A stretch of 64,000 nucleotides of DNA from a virus: positions 1-64,000 of IMG/VR virus record IMGVR_UViG_3300036771_000090, one strand, 5' to 3'. This document shows, piece by piece, positions 47,449 through 55,743 of this stretch (within the stretch, counting starts at the first letter, position 1; each line of letters starts with the position of its first letter). Position numbers and translations under genes: made by a program. The notes below the pieces were generated by a model that was not told the origin of the DNA, made no database searches, and was given only the letters and a program-made list of their open reading frames with translations.

Positions 47449-48531
47449 GTGCGAGTTACGGTCTTTCCCGCTGATGTGTACGGGTGTGGGTATTTCCGCC
47501 TGATCTGGGCTACGGGACTGCTGAAGGAGGCAGGCCACGACATCCGGATGTACCGCCCCCAGGACCGGCGGCTGGAAGTCCACGTGGACTCCGACGGGGA
47601 GACGGTACGGGACGTCAGCCTGGACACCGATGTGGTGGTCCTCCAGCGGATCACCCACAGCTTCATGGCCCAGGCCATCCCGATCCTCCGTGCGAAGGGG
47701 GTTGCGGTGGTGATGGACGTGGACGACGACCTGTCGTCCATCCATCCCGCGAACCCCTCGTACGCCGCGATGCACCCCCGCAACGAACGGCGTGTCGATC
47801 CCGGCGCCGTCCAGCCCCGGCGGCACTCCTGGCGGCACCTGAACGCGGCGTGCCGGGACTCCACGCTGGTGACCGTCTCCACACCGGGACTGCTGGACGT
47901 CTACGCCCGGCACGGCCGCGGACGGGTGATCTACAACCACTTGCCGGAACCGTACTTCACCACGGAGCACACCGATTCCGACGTCATCGGCTGGCCGGCT
48001 GCACTGGTCTCCCACCCGGACGACCCGTCAGCCGTAGGAGGCGCTGTGGCGCGCCTGGTGACCGACGGAGCGGCCTTCCAGGTGATGGGGGACCCCACCG
48101 GCTGCGGGACGGCCTTCGGGCTCTCTGCCGACCCTCCAGGGGCCCGGAACATCACAACCCACCAGTGGCCGTCGAAGGTGGCGGAACTGGGAATCGGGAT
48201 CGCCCCGCTGGCGGACACCCGGTTCAACGCGTGCAAGTCGTGGCTGAAGCCGCTGGAAATGTCGGCCCTGGGTGTCCCCTGGGTGGCGTCCCCGCGGCCG
48301 GAGTACGTCCGGCTGCACACACGGGGAGCGGGCATCCTGGCGGACACTCCGCGGCGCTGGTACCGCGATCTGGACCGGCTGCGGCGCTCCCCGCAGATGC
48401 GCGCGGAACTGGCCGGGCGCGGCCGGGAAGTGGCGGAGACCCTACGGCTGCGCGACAACGCCTGGCGCTGGATGGAGTGCTGGGAGGAGGCGTACCGCAT
48501 CCAGCGCGCCGGCTCCGGGGTGGCCGCGTAG
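47449..48531 (+). CDS. GT-B (GT4-like) glycosyltransferase
   Basis: GCGYFRL, VVMDVDDD, VTVST, IGIAPL..TRFNACKS.LK.LE..ALGVP.VAS. Confidence 0.88.
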   Translation: MRVTVFPADVYGCGYFRLIWATGLLKEAGHDIRMYRPQDRRLEVHVDSDGETVRDVSLDTDVVVLQRITHSFMAQAIPILRAKGVAVVMDVDDDLSSIHPANPSYAAMHPRNERRVDPGAVQPRRHSWRHLNAACRDSTLVTVSTPGLLDVYARHGRGRVIYNHLPEPYFTTEHTDSDVIGWPAALVSHPDDPSAVGGAVARLVTDGAAFQVMGDPTGCGTAFGLSADPPGARNITTHQWPSKVAELGIGIAPLADTRFNACKSWLKPLEMSALGVPWVASPRPEYVRLHTRGAGILADTPRRWYRDLDRLRRSPQMRAELAGRGREVAETLRLRDNAWRWMECWEEAYRIQRAGSGVAA

Positions 48532-48708
48532 GTCCGCCACCTGGCCCCTGAGTTCAGCAACGCGGCCCTGGAGTGCAGTGATCTGCATGTCCAGGGCCGC
48601 TTTGGTCTCCAGTCGCAGGGAGGCGTCCCCGGAGACCTGGTGTCTTTTCGCTTCGAGCAGCGCGGCCAGGTTCTCCGCGTGGTCGTCCAGCTTTTCCGGG
48701 GTCATCAT
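48442..48708 (-). CDS. Small coiled-coil protein (3' end overlaps glycosyltransferase)
   Basis: ATGA coupling with whiB. Confidence 0.45.
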   Translation of the reverse strand: MMTPEKLDDHAENLAALLEAKRHQVSGDASLRLETKAALDMQITALQGRVAELRGQVADLRGHPGAGALDAVRLLPALHPAPGVVAQP

Positions 48709-49085
48709 GACGCCACCGCTTCTTCCCTGCCCGAAGGCCGTTCGTCCGCGGCCCATGATGCTCCGCAGAACAGACAGATCTCGCTCCGGTCCACCGCGCG
48801 CACGCTGCGGCCCAGGCACAGCGGGCACTTGGCCCGGCTCCGGTTCTTGCTCAGGGCCCGGCGCTCCGCGGTACTGGTGCCGCCCCAGTAGCCGGACTCC
48901 CCGACGGCCATCGCGGTGTCCAGGCATTCCTGGCGGACCGGGCACGTGTTGCAGTAGGCACGCCGCACGAAGTCCAGGGAGCGGCTGTCCTCCGTCAGCG
49001 GGAAGAACCGGTCATCGTTGAGCCCCCGGCACGCCGCGTCCCGGTACCAGTCCTGCGGAGTCCCGCCGTAGAAGACTCTGGTCAT
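48705..49085 (-). CDS. whiB: WhiB-family (Wbl) Fe-S transcription factor with extra C-terminal Zn ribbon
   Basis: WYRDAACRG...FFP...CNTCPVRQECL...GYWGGTSTAERR then CPLC...CLFC. Confidence 0.9.
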   Translation of the reverse strand: MTRVFYGGTPQDWYRDAACRGLNDDRFFPLTEDSRSLDFVRRAYCNTCPVRQECLDTAMAVGESGYWGGTSTAERRALSKNRSRAKCPLCLGRSVRAVDRSEICLFCGASWAADERPSGREEAVAS

Positions 49086-49200
49086 GTGGCTTTCCTCGCT
49101 CCGTCTTAACCCAAACTGTGCGCTTCCGTACGAAGAACGCAAAGGGCCCGTGCCGGAGGACTTCCGGCCGGGCCCGTGCGCGGGGTTCCGCTCCTGCCCG

Positions 49201-50106
49201 CTAGCCGCGGAAGCCCAGGTACCGGGAGACCTCCGGCCACCGGGTAGCCACGGCTTCGAGCTGGCGCTGTTCGTCCTCCATCCGGCTGGTGGACTCCATC
49301 CACCGGTCCAGGTCCCGGATCTCCCCCAGATGGTCGTCCACCAGGTCCCGCAGGACGGTCGGGTTCAGTGCGTCCAGCTCCCAGGAGCTGGGCCCGTACC
49401 GCTCGATGTAGGCGCGCGCCCGGCCGTCGGAGAGCTTGGCCGGGTTCGGGGGCGGGTTGTACTGGCTGACCTGGTCCATGGTCAGCGCGATCCGGCGGAC
49501 GTCGGTCTCCGCCCCGAACAGCGCCAGCCGGTCCGCGATGTCCCGGCTCATGTCCACGCCGGAGGGGTCGTGGTCCCCCAGGTGGAGGATCACCGTGTTC
49601 TGGCCGTTCTCCTCATAGCGCTTCAGCCGCTCCGCGGCGCGCCACATCTCCGACTGGCTGGTGTAGCCCCGGCAGGAGAAGTAATCGACGTCGTACGTAC
49701 GGGCCGGGGTGCCGATGACCCCGACCAGCGCGTCCTTCTCGATCCAGACTTCCACGCGGGTGTCCTGGTCGGCCCACCGGTCGGTCCGGTAGCTCCAGCG
49801 GGTGGAGTTGATGATGGACTGGGGGTTGGTCCAGTGGGACAGGCCCATCAGGTTCCGGGTCCGGTCGATCAGGTGGTTCCAGTCGATCAGGCCGGCCAGC
49901 CGCGCGTCATTGACGATCGATCCCAGCCGGTCGTACTCCGTGTCCTTGTTGGGGATCAGGTTCCGGGAGACGAACTGGTAATAGAGCTGGCGCAAGGTCA
50001 GATCCATCCCCTGGTCCGCGTACTCCCGGCAGATCTGCTCCGCCTGCTCGATCACCTCCAGGCTGGAGCCCCGGAACTTCTTCGGCACGTAAACGATCTT
50101 CGGCAT
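49201..50106 (-). CDS. Topoisomerase VI-A/JetD-like toprim-domain protein
   Basis: LTLRQLYYQFV, EVWIEKDAL, RGYTS, LGDHDPSG, WELDAL. Confidence 0.8.
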   Translation of the reverse strand: MPKIVYVPKKFRGSSLEVIEQAEQICREYADQGMDLTLRQLYYQFVSRNLIPNKDTEYDRLGSIVNDARLAGLIDWNHLIDRTRNLMGLSHWTNPQSIINSTRWSYRTDRWADQDTRVEVWIEKDALVGVIGTPARTYDVDYFSCRGYTSQSEMWRAAERLKRYEENGQNTVILHLGDHDPSGVDMSRDIADRLALFGAETDVRRIALTMDQVSQYNPPPNPAKLSDGRARAYIERYGPSSWELDALNPTVLRDLVDDHLGEIRDLDRWMESTSRMEDEQRQLEAVATRWPEVSRYLGFRG

Positions 50107-50136
50107 GTCTTCACCTCTTCCTGGTTCCTGTGGTGC

Positions 50137-50265
50137 TCAGGGATTCAGCGGCTTGCCGCACGTGGAGCAGTACGAAGATCCGGACGTGTTCGAAGCCCCG
50201 CAGGAGGAGCAGTACACCGGGCCCGGCGTGGACATCAGCCGGACCAGCACGGCGATCAGCTTCAC
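50137..50265 (-). CDS. 42-aa zinc-ribbon peptide
   Basis: Manual translation ...YCSSCGASNTSGSSYCSTCGKPL; shared leader upstream. Confidence 0.6.
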   Translation of the reverse strand: MKLIAVLVRLMSTPGPVYCSSCGASNTSGSSYCSTCGKPLNP

Positions 50266-50311
50266 GGCCCATCCCTCTCTTCCTGGTTCCTGGTGGTACG
50301 ACTTCCGCCGG

Positions 50312-50659
50312 TCAGTTGCCCGTCGGGGACGGGGTGACCGGAACCGGGACCGCCTTCGTCCCGGTGCACATCCCGGCCGGCGCGCTGAAGACCTTCACGT
50401 CCGCGGCCACTCCGTCATGGGTGGTGGAGGTGAAGGCCATGCCGGGGAAGCCGTACAGGCACTTCGCGCAGACGTTGGAAAATTCGTCCGGCATGTTGGT
50501 GCAGAAGGCCGGGCTGTCGTCCCCGGACCGGGCGGCCACCGGCGCGTCTCCCTTGCCGCGCTTGTCGTTGCGGCTGTCGCACGCGGCGCCGGTGACGACC
50601 AGGGACACCACCAGGGCAACGGCGGCCAGTACACGCCGGACGCGCTTGCTGATCTTCAC
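50312..50659 (-). CDS. Lipoprotein
   Basis: KRVRR + hydrophobic stretch + GAAC lipobox; GAGGA RBS. Confidence 0.65.
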   Translation of the reverse strand: MKISKRVRRVLAAVALVVSLVVTGAACDSRNDKRGKGDAPVAARSGDDSPAFCTNMPDEFSNVCAKCLYGFPGMAFTSTTHDGVAADVKVFSAPAGMCTGTKAVPVPVTPSPTGN

Positions 50660-50694
50660 GGATTCCTCGCTTCCAGTGCCGGGACTTCCGGCGG

Positions 50695-50768
50695 TGCGCC
50701 CGGCAGGACTCGAACCTGCGGCCCCCATATCCGTAGTACGGTGCTCTGTCCACCTGAGCTACGGGCGC
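50695..50768 (-). tRNA. tRNA-Arg(ACG)
   Basis: GCGCCCG acceptor, D arm GCTC/GAGC, anticodon loop CTACGGA, T arm GCAGG-TTCGAGT-CCTGC; no encoded CCA. Confidence 0.9.
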
Positions 50769-50806
50769 TTGCGCGGGATTTACGGCTCCCGGCGGCCGTG
50801 GAGCGG

Positions 50807-51082
50807 TCAGTCCGCGGCGGGGGTGTTGCGCAGCTCCTCCAGGTCCGGGGCGGCCGGGCCGTCCCCGTAGGTGAAGTACGTGCCGATGACCTTCAGCTTC
50901 CGTTCGGTGGTGGTCAGGTTGCCGTCACCGCTGACGGAGGTGACGCTGACCGTCCCGTCTTCCAGGTCCCCCAGGTGGGCCGCCAGCCCGGCCGCGATGT
51001 CCGCCCGGCTGGGGAGCGCGACCCGGGCGCCGGCCTCCACGTCCACCGTGATGTTCAGCCGTGCGATCTTCCGTTTTGCCAT
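50807..51082 (-). CDS. Hypothetical protein
   Basis: GAGGA RBS. Confidence 0.6.
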   Translation of the reverse strand: MAKRKIARLNITVDVEAGARVALPSRADIAAGLAAHLGDLEDGTVSVTSVSGDGNLTTTERKLKVIGTYFTYGDGPAAPDLEELRNTPAAD

Positions 51083-51174
51083 GATTCCTCACTTCGTGGG
51101 TTCCGGCCCGGCCAGTGACCCCCGCGTGGCCGGGGTGGTTCTCCGCGCGCTCACCGTGCACGGTGTGGGGGTCG

Positions 51175-51250
51175 TGGTGCGCCCGACAGGATTCGAACCT
51201 GTGACCTGCTGGGTTTCACTCAGCCGCTCTTCCAACTGGGCTACGGGCGC
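51175..51250 (-). tRNA. tRNA-Phe(GAA), atypical
   Basis: Cloverleaf with encoded CCA; loop GTGAAAC; mismatches in D and anticodon stems. Confidence 0.8.
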
Positions 51251-51328
51251 CCTATTCAGTTTTGTCCGATCGGCCTAAGTAAATCAGCCTCCGGTTCTGC
51301 CCGGAAGCAGGGGTACGTCACGGAACGG

Positions 51329-51649
51329 TCACGCCTGGCGGGTGATGGCCCAGCGGCTGTGATCGAGCGCGACCATCCGTACCTCCCGGCCGGTGACGAC
51401 ATCCTGGCAGGTGAGGTTCCAGACGTCGTACGGCTTTCCGTCGCGGATCGCGGTCCCGGCGGTACGGTCCTGGACGGACAGGCGCCGCTTGCACTCCACG
51501 TCCTTCTGGCCAGCGCGGCGCGTCTCCATGTAGACCTGGACGAAGACGTCCCCGGCGCGGAGCTGGCGCGTGTAGACCACCATCAGCACTTCCGGCGCGG
51601 TCTCCCCGGTCTCCACGGCAGCCTCTCCGATCGTGGCGGTGTCGGTCAT
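51329..51649 (-). CDS. Hypothetical protein
   Basis: Shared leader; ATGA coupling. Confidence 0.6.
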   Translation of the reverse strand: MTDTATIGEAAVETGETAPEVLMVVYTRQLRAGDVFVQVYMETRRAGQKDVECKRRLSVQDRTAGTAIRDGKPYDVWNLTCQDVVTGREVRMVALDHSRWAITRQA

Positions 51650-52002
51650 GGTCCCTCTTCCTTGTTCCTGTCAGAACGGCGCTGCTCCAGGCGGCGCGCG
51701 TTGTGTGCCTTCAGGCACTTGGGGTCGGTCTGCTCCAGGCGGCGCCGGTGGCGCTGGTACGCCCGGTCGGTACCGCAGTCCGGGTACCGGCCCAGGATGC
51801 CGTCCAGGATGGCGATCCGCACGGCATCCGTCATATTCCGGGCACCCAGTTTGCGGATGACGCTGGCGCCCTGGTTCTTCACGGTCTGGACGTGGACCCC
51901 GCGCCGGGTGGCAACGGAGCCGTACGTCAGACCGTTGGCCAGGAGGAACAGAACCTGGGTCTCAGCGGCCGTGAGCAGGACTCCGGTCCTGGGGCGCCCC
52001 AT
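51646..52002 (-). CDS. LuxR-type HTH protein with C-terminal Cys/His motif
   Basis: LTAAETQVLFLLANG...TVKNQ...KLGA; DCGT..AYQRH...C. Confidence 0.8.
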   Translation of the reverse strand: MGRPRTGVLLTAAETQVLFLLANGLTYGSVATRRGVHVQTVKNQGASVIRKLGARNMTDAVRIAILDGILGRYPDCGTDRAYQRHRRRLEQTDPKCLKAHNARRLEQRRSDRNKEEGP

Positions 52003-52319
52003 CAGAGCCGGAAGCGGCTACAGCGGGCGCACAGCGGCTCCCGGCGGCTGATGTGCCGCAGCCGTGCTTCGTCTGTGCCGCAGTCCCGGTACTGGCCGAT
52101 GATCCCGCGCGACATGGCCACGTGGACGGCCTGGGCCATGTTGTGGACCTCCAGCCGGGCCCGGATGCGGCGGCCCGACTGCTCCGCCGCGTTCCGGGTG
52201 ATCCCGGCGCCGTGCGCCACGGCCGGCCAGACCTTCCCCTGGGAGATGAGCCAGAGACAGATCCATTCCTGCCGGGTCAGCGGCGTGCCGGGCTTGGTCG
52301 GCCAGTGCCTGGTGGGCAT
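52002..52319 (-). CDS. LuxR-type HTH protein with C-terminal Cys/His motif (paralogue)
   Basis: LTRQE..CLWLISQG...RL.VHNMAQAV; DCGT...RH...EPLCARC. Confidence 0.75.
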   Translation of the reverse strand: MPTRHWPTKPGTPLTRQEWICLWLISQGKVWPAVAHGAGITRNAAEQSGRRIRARLEVHNMAQAVHVAMSRGIIGQYRDCGTDEARLRHISRREPLCARCSRFRL

Positions 52320-52341
52320 GGCTTCCTCCTTCCTGTTCCAG

Positions 52342-52386
52342 CACCCCCGGCAGGATTCGAACCTGCGGTGTCCGCCGTACGGGGGT
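52342..52386 (-). ncRNA. tRNA-like minihelix / tRNA 3'-half remnant
   Basis: ACCCCCG...GCAGG-TTCGAAT-CCTGC-CGGGGGT: acceptor stem plus T arm with only 13 nt between. Confidence 0.5.
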
Positions 52387-52420
52387 CCCCGGGATCACGG
52401 CTCCCGGCTGCCGTCGTGCG

Positions 52421-52867
52421 TCAGTCCTCCACGACCACCGGAAGCGGGGCCGGCCTGTCGTCGCTCTTGCGGTACCAGGCCAGACCCCCGTCTTCCGGCC
52501 GCTTCTCGAAGGGGTCCATGTCGTCCGCGATGACCAGGGCGTTCCGGTGGACACCGGGCATCCGGGAGAGGAGATACCGCACCCGCAGTGCCTCCGCCTG
52601 GGCATGGACGATCAGGTCCGGGGCCCACTCGATGAACCGGGCCAGGATCTCCAGCTCCGATTCGTCCCCGTCCCAGGCGGCCGAATCATGCTGCTCCCCG
52701 ACCGTGTCGGCCAGAAGGTCGTTGACCTTGTCGGCCAGCTCCCGGTACGCGGCGTCGTCGCTGGCGGCCAGGATCTCTCCGGCGACGTCCGCCATGATCC
52801 GTTCGGCCTCCGCCTTGCTGCGGCGGGTGTTGGTGATCAGGGCCGTGACCAGTCCGCGCTGGGTCAT
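52421..52867 (-). CDS. Hypothetical protein
   Basis: GC3-biased acidic ORF. Confidence 0.55.
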   Translation of the reverse strand: MTQRGLVTALITNTRRSKAEAERIMADVAGEILAASDDAAYRELADKVNDLLADTVGEQHDSAAWDGDESELEILARFIEWAPDLIVHAQAEALRVRYLLSRMPGVHRNALVIADDMDPFEKRPEDGGLAWYRKSDDRPAPLPVVVED

Positions 52868-53152
52868 CGCGTCACCGCCAGACCGGTAATGAAGATCATC
52901 ACTGGTTCCTCTCTTCCCTGGTTCGGAGCTGGGTGCCTGACAGGGGGTCACGTACGGGACGCGCCCCCGACCGGCGGACAGTTCACGATGCAGTCGGTCC
53001 CCGGAACCTGCGGGTGGACACCGTCCGGGCGGTACCCGGCGGACGGCGGTCGGGCCCGGGAAGGTTGTCCCCGGGACGCTTGGAGTACGGGCCTTCGTTG
53101 CCCACCGGGACCTCATGTCCCCGGGCGGTGGGCCGCTGCCACCAGCGCGACA

Positions 53153-53384
53153 TCAGTTCAGCCGGGCCATGACGCGCTGGTCCTCCAGGGACCAGTTGGA
53201 CAGGGTGGCCAGCGGTTCTCCCAGGGAGCACAGGTCTTCGATCTCCTGGGTGCCGCCGCTGGCCGCGTCCATCACGGTGAAGCACTGGCCGCACTCCGTC
53301 ATGTGGCCGGCCCAGTTCCGGTACGCCTCCGCGTACGGCAGGGTGGGCACCAGGTTCATCGGGGGGGATGTGCAGACCGGACAT
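53153..53384 (-). pseudogene. Small Cys/His protein whose RBS-linked start is out of frame at a C7 tract
   Basis: ATG 53384 after AAGAAGGAA is 1 nt out of frame with ORF 53359-53153; G7 at 53361-53367. Confidence 0.45.
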
Positions 53385-53413
53385 AGGGTTCCTTCTTCCT
53401 GGTGGTGCGGGGA

Positions 53414-53806
53414 TCAGAGCAGGTTCCCCCACTTGTCGGTCGGGGGCACCATCACCGGAACCTGGCGCGGACCGTCCGCCAGGAAGCCGCACTGCGCGTC
53501 GGCGGTCACTTCCGCCAGGAACTCCGCCACCCGGGCAACCGGGATCTTGCTGGACGACGGAGCCACCCAGGGCGCGTTCTGCCGTTCGGCCCAGTACACC
53601 GGGCGCTCCGTGGCCGCGATGTTCAGGAACCGGTACCGCGGATACACCTTGCCCGGCCACCAGTCGGACGGGGTGTTCTCCGGGGTGAGAGCTATCAGGG
53701 TGAACGGCGGGCGGAACCGGCCGCGTCCCGTCTGGCTCCAGCCGGCATCCTTCAGCGCACGGACGACGTCCTGGAGCTTCTCCCGCGGTGTCTGCCTGGG
53801 TGCCAT
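53414..53806 (-). CDS. Hypothetical protein (first gene of cassette P1)
   Basis: Directly behind conserved promoter/leader. Confidence 0.65.
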   Translation of the reverse strand: MAPRQTPREKLQDVVRALKDAGWSQTGRGRFRPPFTLIALTPENTPSDWWPGKVYPRYRFLNIAATERPVYWAERQNAPWVAPSSSKIPVARVAEFLAEVTADAQCGFLADGPRQVPVMVPPTDKWGNLL

Positions 53807-53885
53807 CGGTTCCTCTTCCTGGATTCCTGTTCTGCTGCTGGTTCTATCCTCTCGCAGGTCAGGATGTATGTCAAGTTATGTCCAA
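53807..53885 (-). promoter_or_regulatory. Conserved early promoter-leader module P1
   Basis: TTGACA (53874-53869)-17-GAGGAT; leader CAGCAGCAGAACAGGAATCCAGGAAGAGG. Confidence 0.75.
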
Positions 53886-53918
53886 CGCTTTGACCTGCGA
53901 GAATGAAGATTCTTTACG

Positions 53919-54644
53919 CTACTTCTCCCCGCGGAGGTTCCGGCGGATCTCCGCCTGGCGTTCGTCGGATACCGATCCGGTGACCCCGCCCGGCGTCATG
54001 CCCAGCCCGGTACCGGTGGCCATGAAGCTGCCGGAGCTGGAGTACCCGCGGGGGTCTCCTCCGTTCCGTACGCGCTCCTGGTGCTCCGCCCGGCACTGCT
54101 CCACCCAGGCTGCCTCCTCCACGCGGACATGGCCGCCGGACCCCAGCGCGTCCAGGAGGATGCGGGAGGCGATACGGAACAGCCGGCCGCGCGGACCCCC
54201 GTCCGCACTGCCGCTGGAAGCGGCGTACATCCGCTCCCGGCACAGGGAGCAGTGACAGCCGTCGGTCTGCTCCGCGTACGGCGCGAAGTCCTCCCGGCCG
54301 GGCGCCGGGGAGTCCCAGATCAGGTACCGGATGTCGCGCCGGACCATGACGTGGTGGCCGTCCCAGACGCGCATGGCCTCCGGTGTGCCCAGGTACCGGA
54401 TCTGCCCGAAACTGGACAGCGTCCGGTCTTCGAAGCGCACCGCCCGGGACACCTGGCGGCGCGTCACCGGAGCGGCGAACCCCTCCGTCTCCCGGACGCT
54501 GCCGGACATGGCCACGAACCAGCCGGCCCCGTGGTTCGGCTCCATGAAGATCGAACCGATCTCCAGATCGGGGAACAGCGTCATGTTCCACTGGTCCCGG
54601 GCGAAGCCTTCCACCGGGACCAGGATGTGGTCCGGGGTCGTCAT
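53919..54644 (-). CDS. Hypothetical protein
   Basis: ATGA coupling to WYL gene. Confidence 0.6.
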   Translation of the reverse strand: MTTPDHILVPVEGFARDQWNMTLFPDLEIGSIFMEPNHGAGWFVAMSGSVRETEGFAAPVTRRQVSRAVRFEDRTLSSFGQIRYLGTPEAMRVWDGHHVMVRRDIRYLIWDSPAPGREDFAPYAEQTDGCHCSLCRERMYAASSGSADGGPRGRLFRIASRILLDALGSGGHVRVEEAAWVEQCRAEHQERVRNGGDPRGYSSSGSFMATGTGLGMTPGGVTGSVSDERQAEIRRNLRGEK

Positions 54645-55099
54645 CGCGCACCGGCCCACAGGGGCGCCTGGTGCAGCGGGCGGACAGCGGCCACGCGGAC
54701 CGGACGCGGCCAGGAGCCGTGCGCCACGGTGAGCGGGGTCGGGCGGTCCGCCTTCGCCAGCTCCGCGGCACGCCGGGTCTCCGCCGCGGTGGGGACGTTG
54801 GAACGGGGCTTCGACGCCGGCACCGGGTAGCGGTGACGGGACTTGCTGCCGTGCACGGTGTAGGACACGATCCGGTCCAGCCGGAAGGTACGCGGCTCCG
54901 CGGTCGGGCGGTCGGCCGTCGGCCGGTCCATCGCACGGAAGTAACGGTCCCCGTCCTGGTTCTTCGTGATCATCCAGGGCTCCACCACCCGGCGCGTCAC
55001 GGACCCGTTGGCACGGGTGTAGATGATGGTCACGGGGCGCCGGAGCTTCATGGCCCGGACGATGTTCCGGAAGAGCTTGTCCTGGTCGGTGGCCTGCAT
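54641..55099 (-). CDS. Stand-alone WYL-domain protein
   Basis: VTIIYTRANGSVTRRVVEPW...YFRAMD...PRTFRLDRI; no N-terminal HTH. Confidence 0.85.
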   Translation of the reverse strand: MQATDQDKLFRNIVRAMKLRRPVTIIYTRANGSVTRRVVEPWMITKNQDGDRYFRAMDRPTADRPTAEPRTFRLDRIVSYTVHGSKSRHRYPVPASKPRSNVPTAAETRRAAELAKADRPTPLTVAHGSWPRPVRVAAVRPLHQAPLWAGAR

Positions 55100-55182
55100 C
55101 GGGTCCTTCTTTCCTGGTTCCTGTGCTGCTGTGGTTCCATCATCCCGCGTGTACTGATCTATGTCAAGTGATGACACAGATC
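55100..55182 (-). promoter_or_regulatory. Conserved promoter-leader module P2 with palindromic operator
   Basis: TTGACA (55167-55162)-17-GATGAT; GATCTATGTCA-N5-TGACACAGATC. Confidence 0.8.
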
Positions 55183-55190
55183 GAATGAGA

Positions 55191-55272
55191 CAGGGCGACA
55201 GGAATCGAACCTGACACCGGCTCCCACTCCTCCCCGCAGGGAGAAGGCTGGTCACCCTCCCACGATGCCCTG
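55191..55272 (-). ncRNA. tRNA-like structured RNA (T arm plus acceptor-like stem, non-tRNA core)
   Basis: CAGGGC...CAGG-TTCGATT-CCTG..GCCCTG; internal hairpin CTTCTCCC-TGCG-GGGAGGAG. Confidence 0.45.
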
Positions 55273-55429
55273 ACCCAGGATGCCTCCCGGGCTTCCAGCT
55301 CCAGCGCGTCCGCCGTGCGTACTCCCGACCGGTCATGATCCGGTACCTCCAGCTTGAGAGGCTGGTGGGCATCCTTTACCCCACGGGAGCGGGTTGGACG
55401 GGATTACGGCTCCCGCCGGGCCGTCGTAC

Positions 55430-55636
55430 TCAGACGCTCTTCGTGGACGCGCGGCGCTCCGCGGTCTCCGCGATCTGCCGGGCCAGCGGACTGCCGGAGA
55501 CGATCCCCACCAGGCCGGTGAACATCCCGGTGCCGGGGTCCGTGGTGACCTGGAGACCGGCGCCGGAGGCGAAGGTCCGTGCGGCGAAGGCCGCGTACTG
55601 GTCCAGCGTGCTCTCCTGGTACGGGAATACCGCCAT
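55430..55636 (-). CDS. Hypothetical protein (cassette P3)
   Basis: Behind conserved leader. Confidence 0.65.
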   Translation of the reverse strand: MAVFPYQESTLDQYAAFAARTFASGAGLQVTTDPGTGMFTGLVGIVSGSPLARQIAETAERRASTKSV

Positions 55637-55715
55637 GCTGTCCTCTTCCTGGGTTCCTGTGCTGCTGTGGGTTCTATCGTCCCGCATCCAGTCGTCTATG
55701 TCAAACTATGTTCAT
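55637..55715 (-). promoter_or_regulatory. Conserved promoter-leader module P3
   Basis: TTGACA (55704-55699)-17-GACGAT; CACAGCAGCACAGGAACCCAGGAAGAGG. Confidence 0.8.
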
Positions 55716-55743
55716 CGCTCTGACCTGCGGTGGAGAAACCCGT

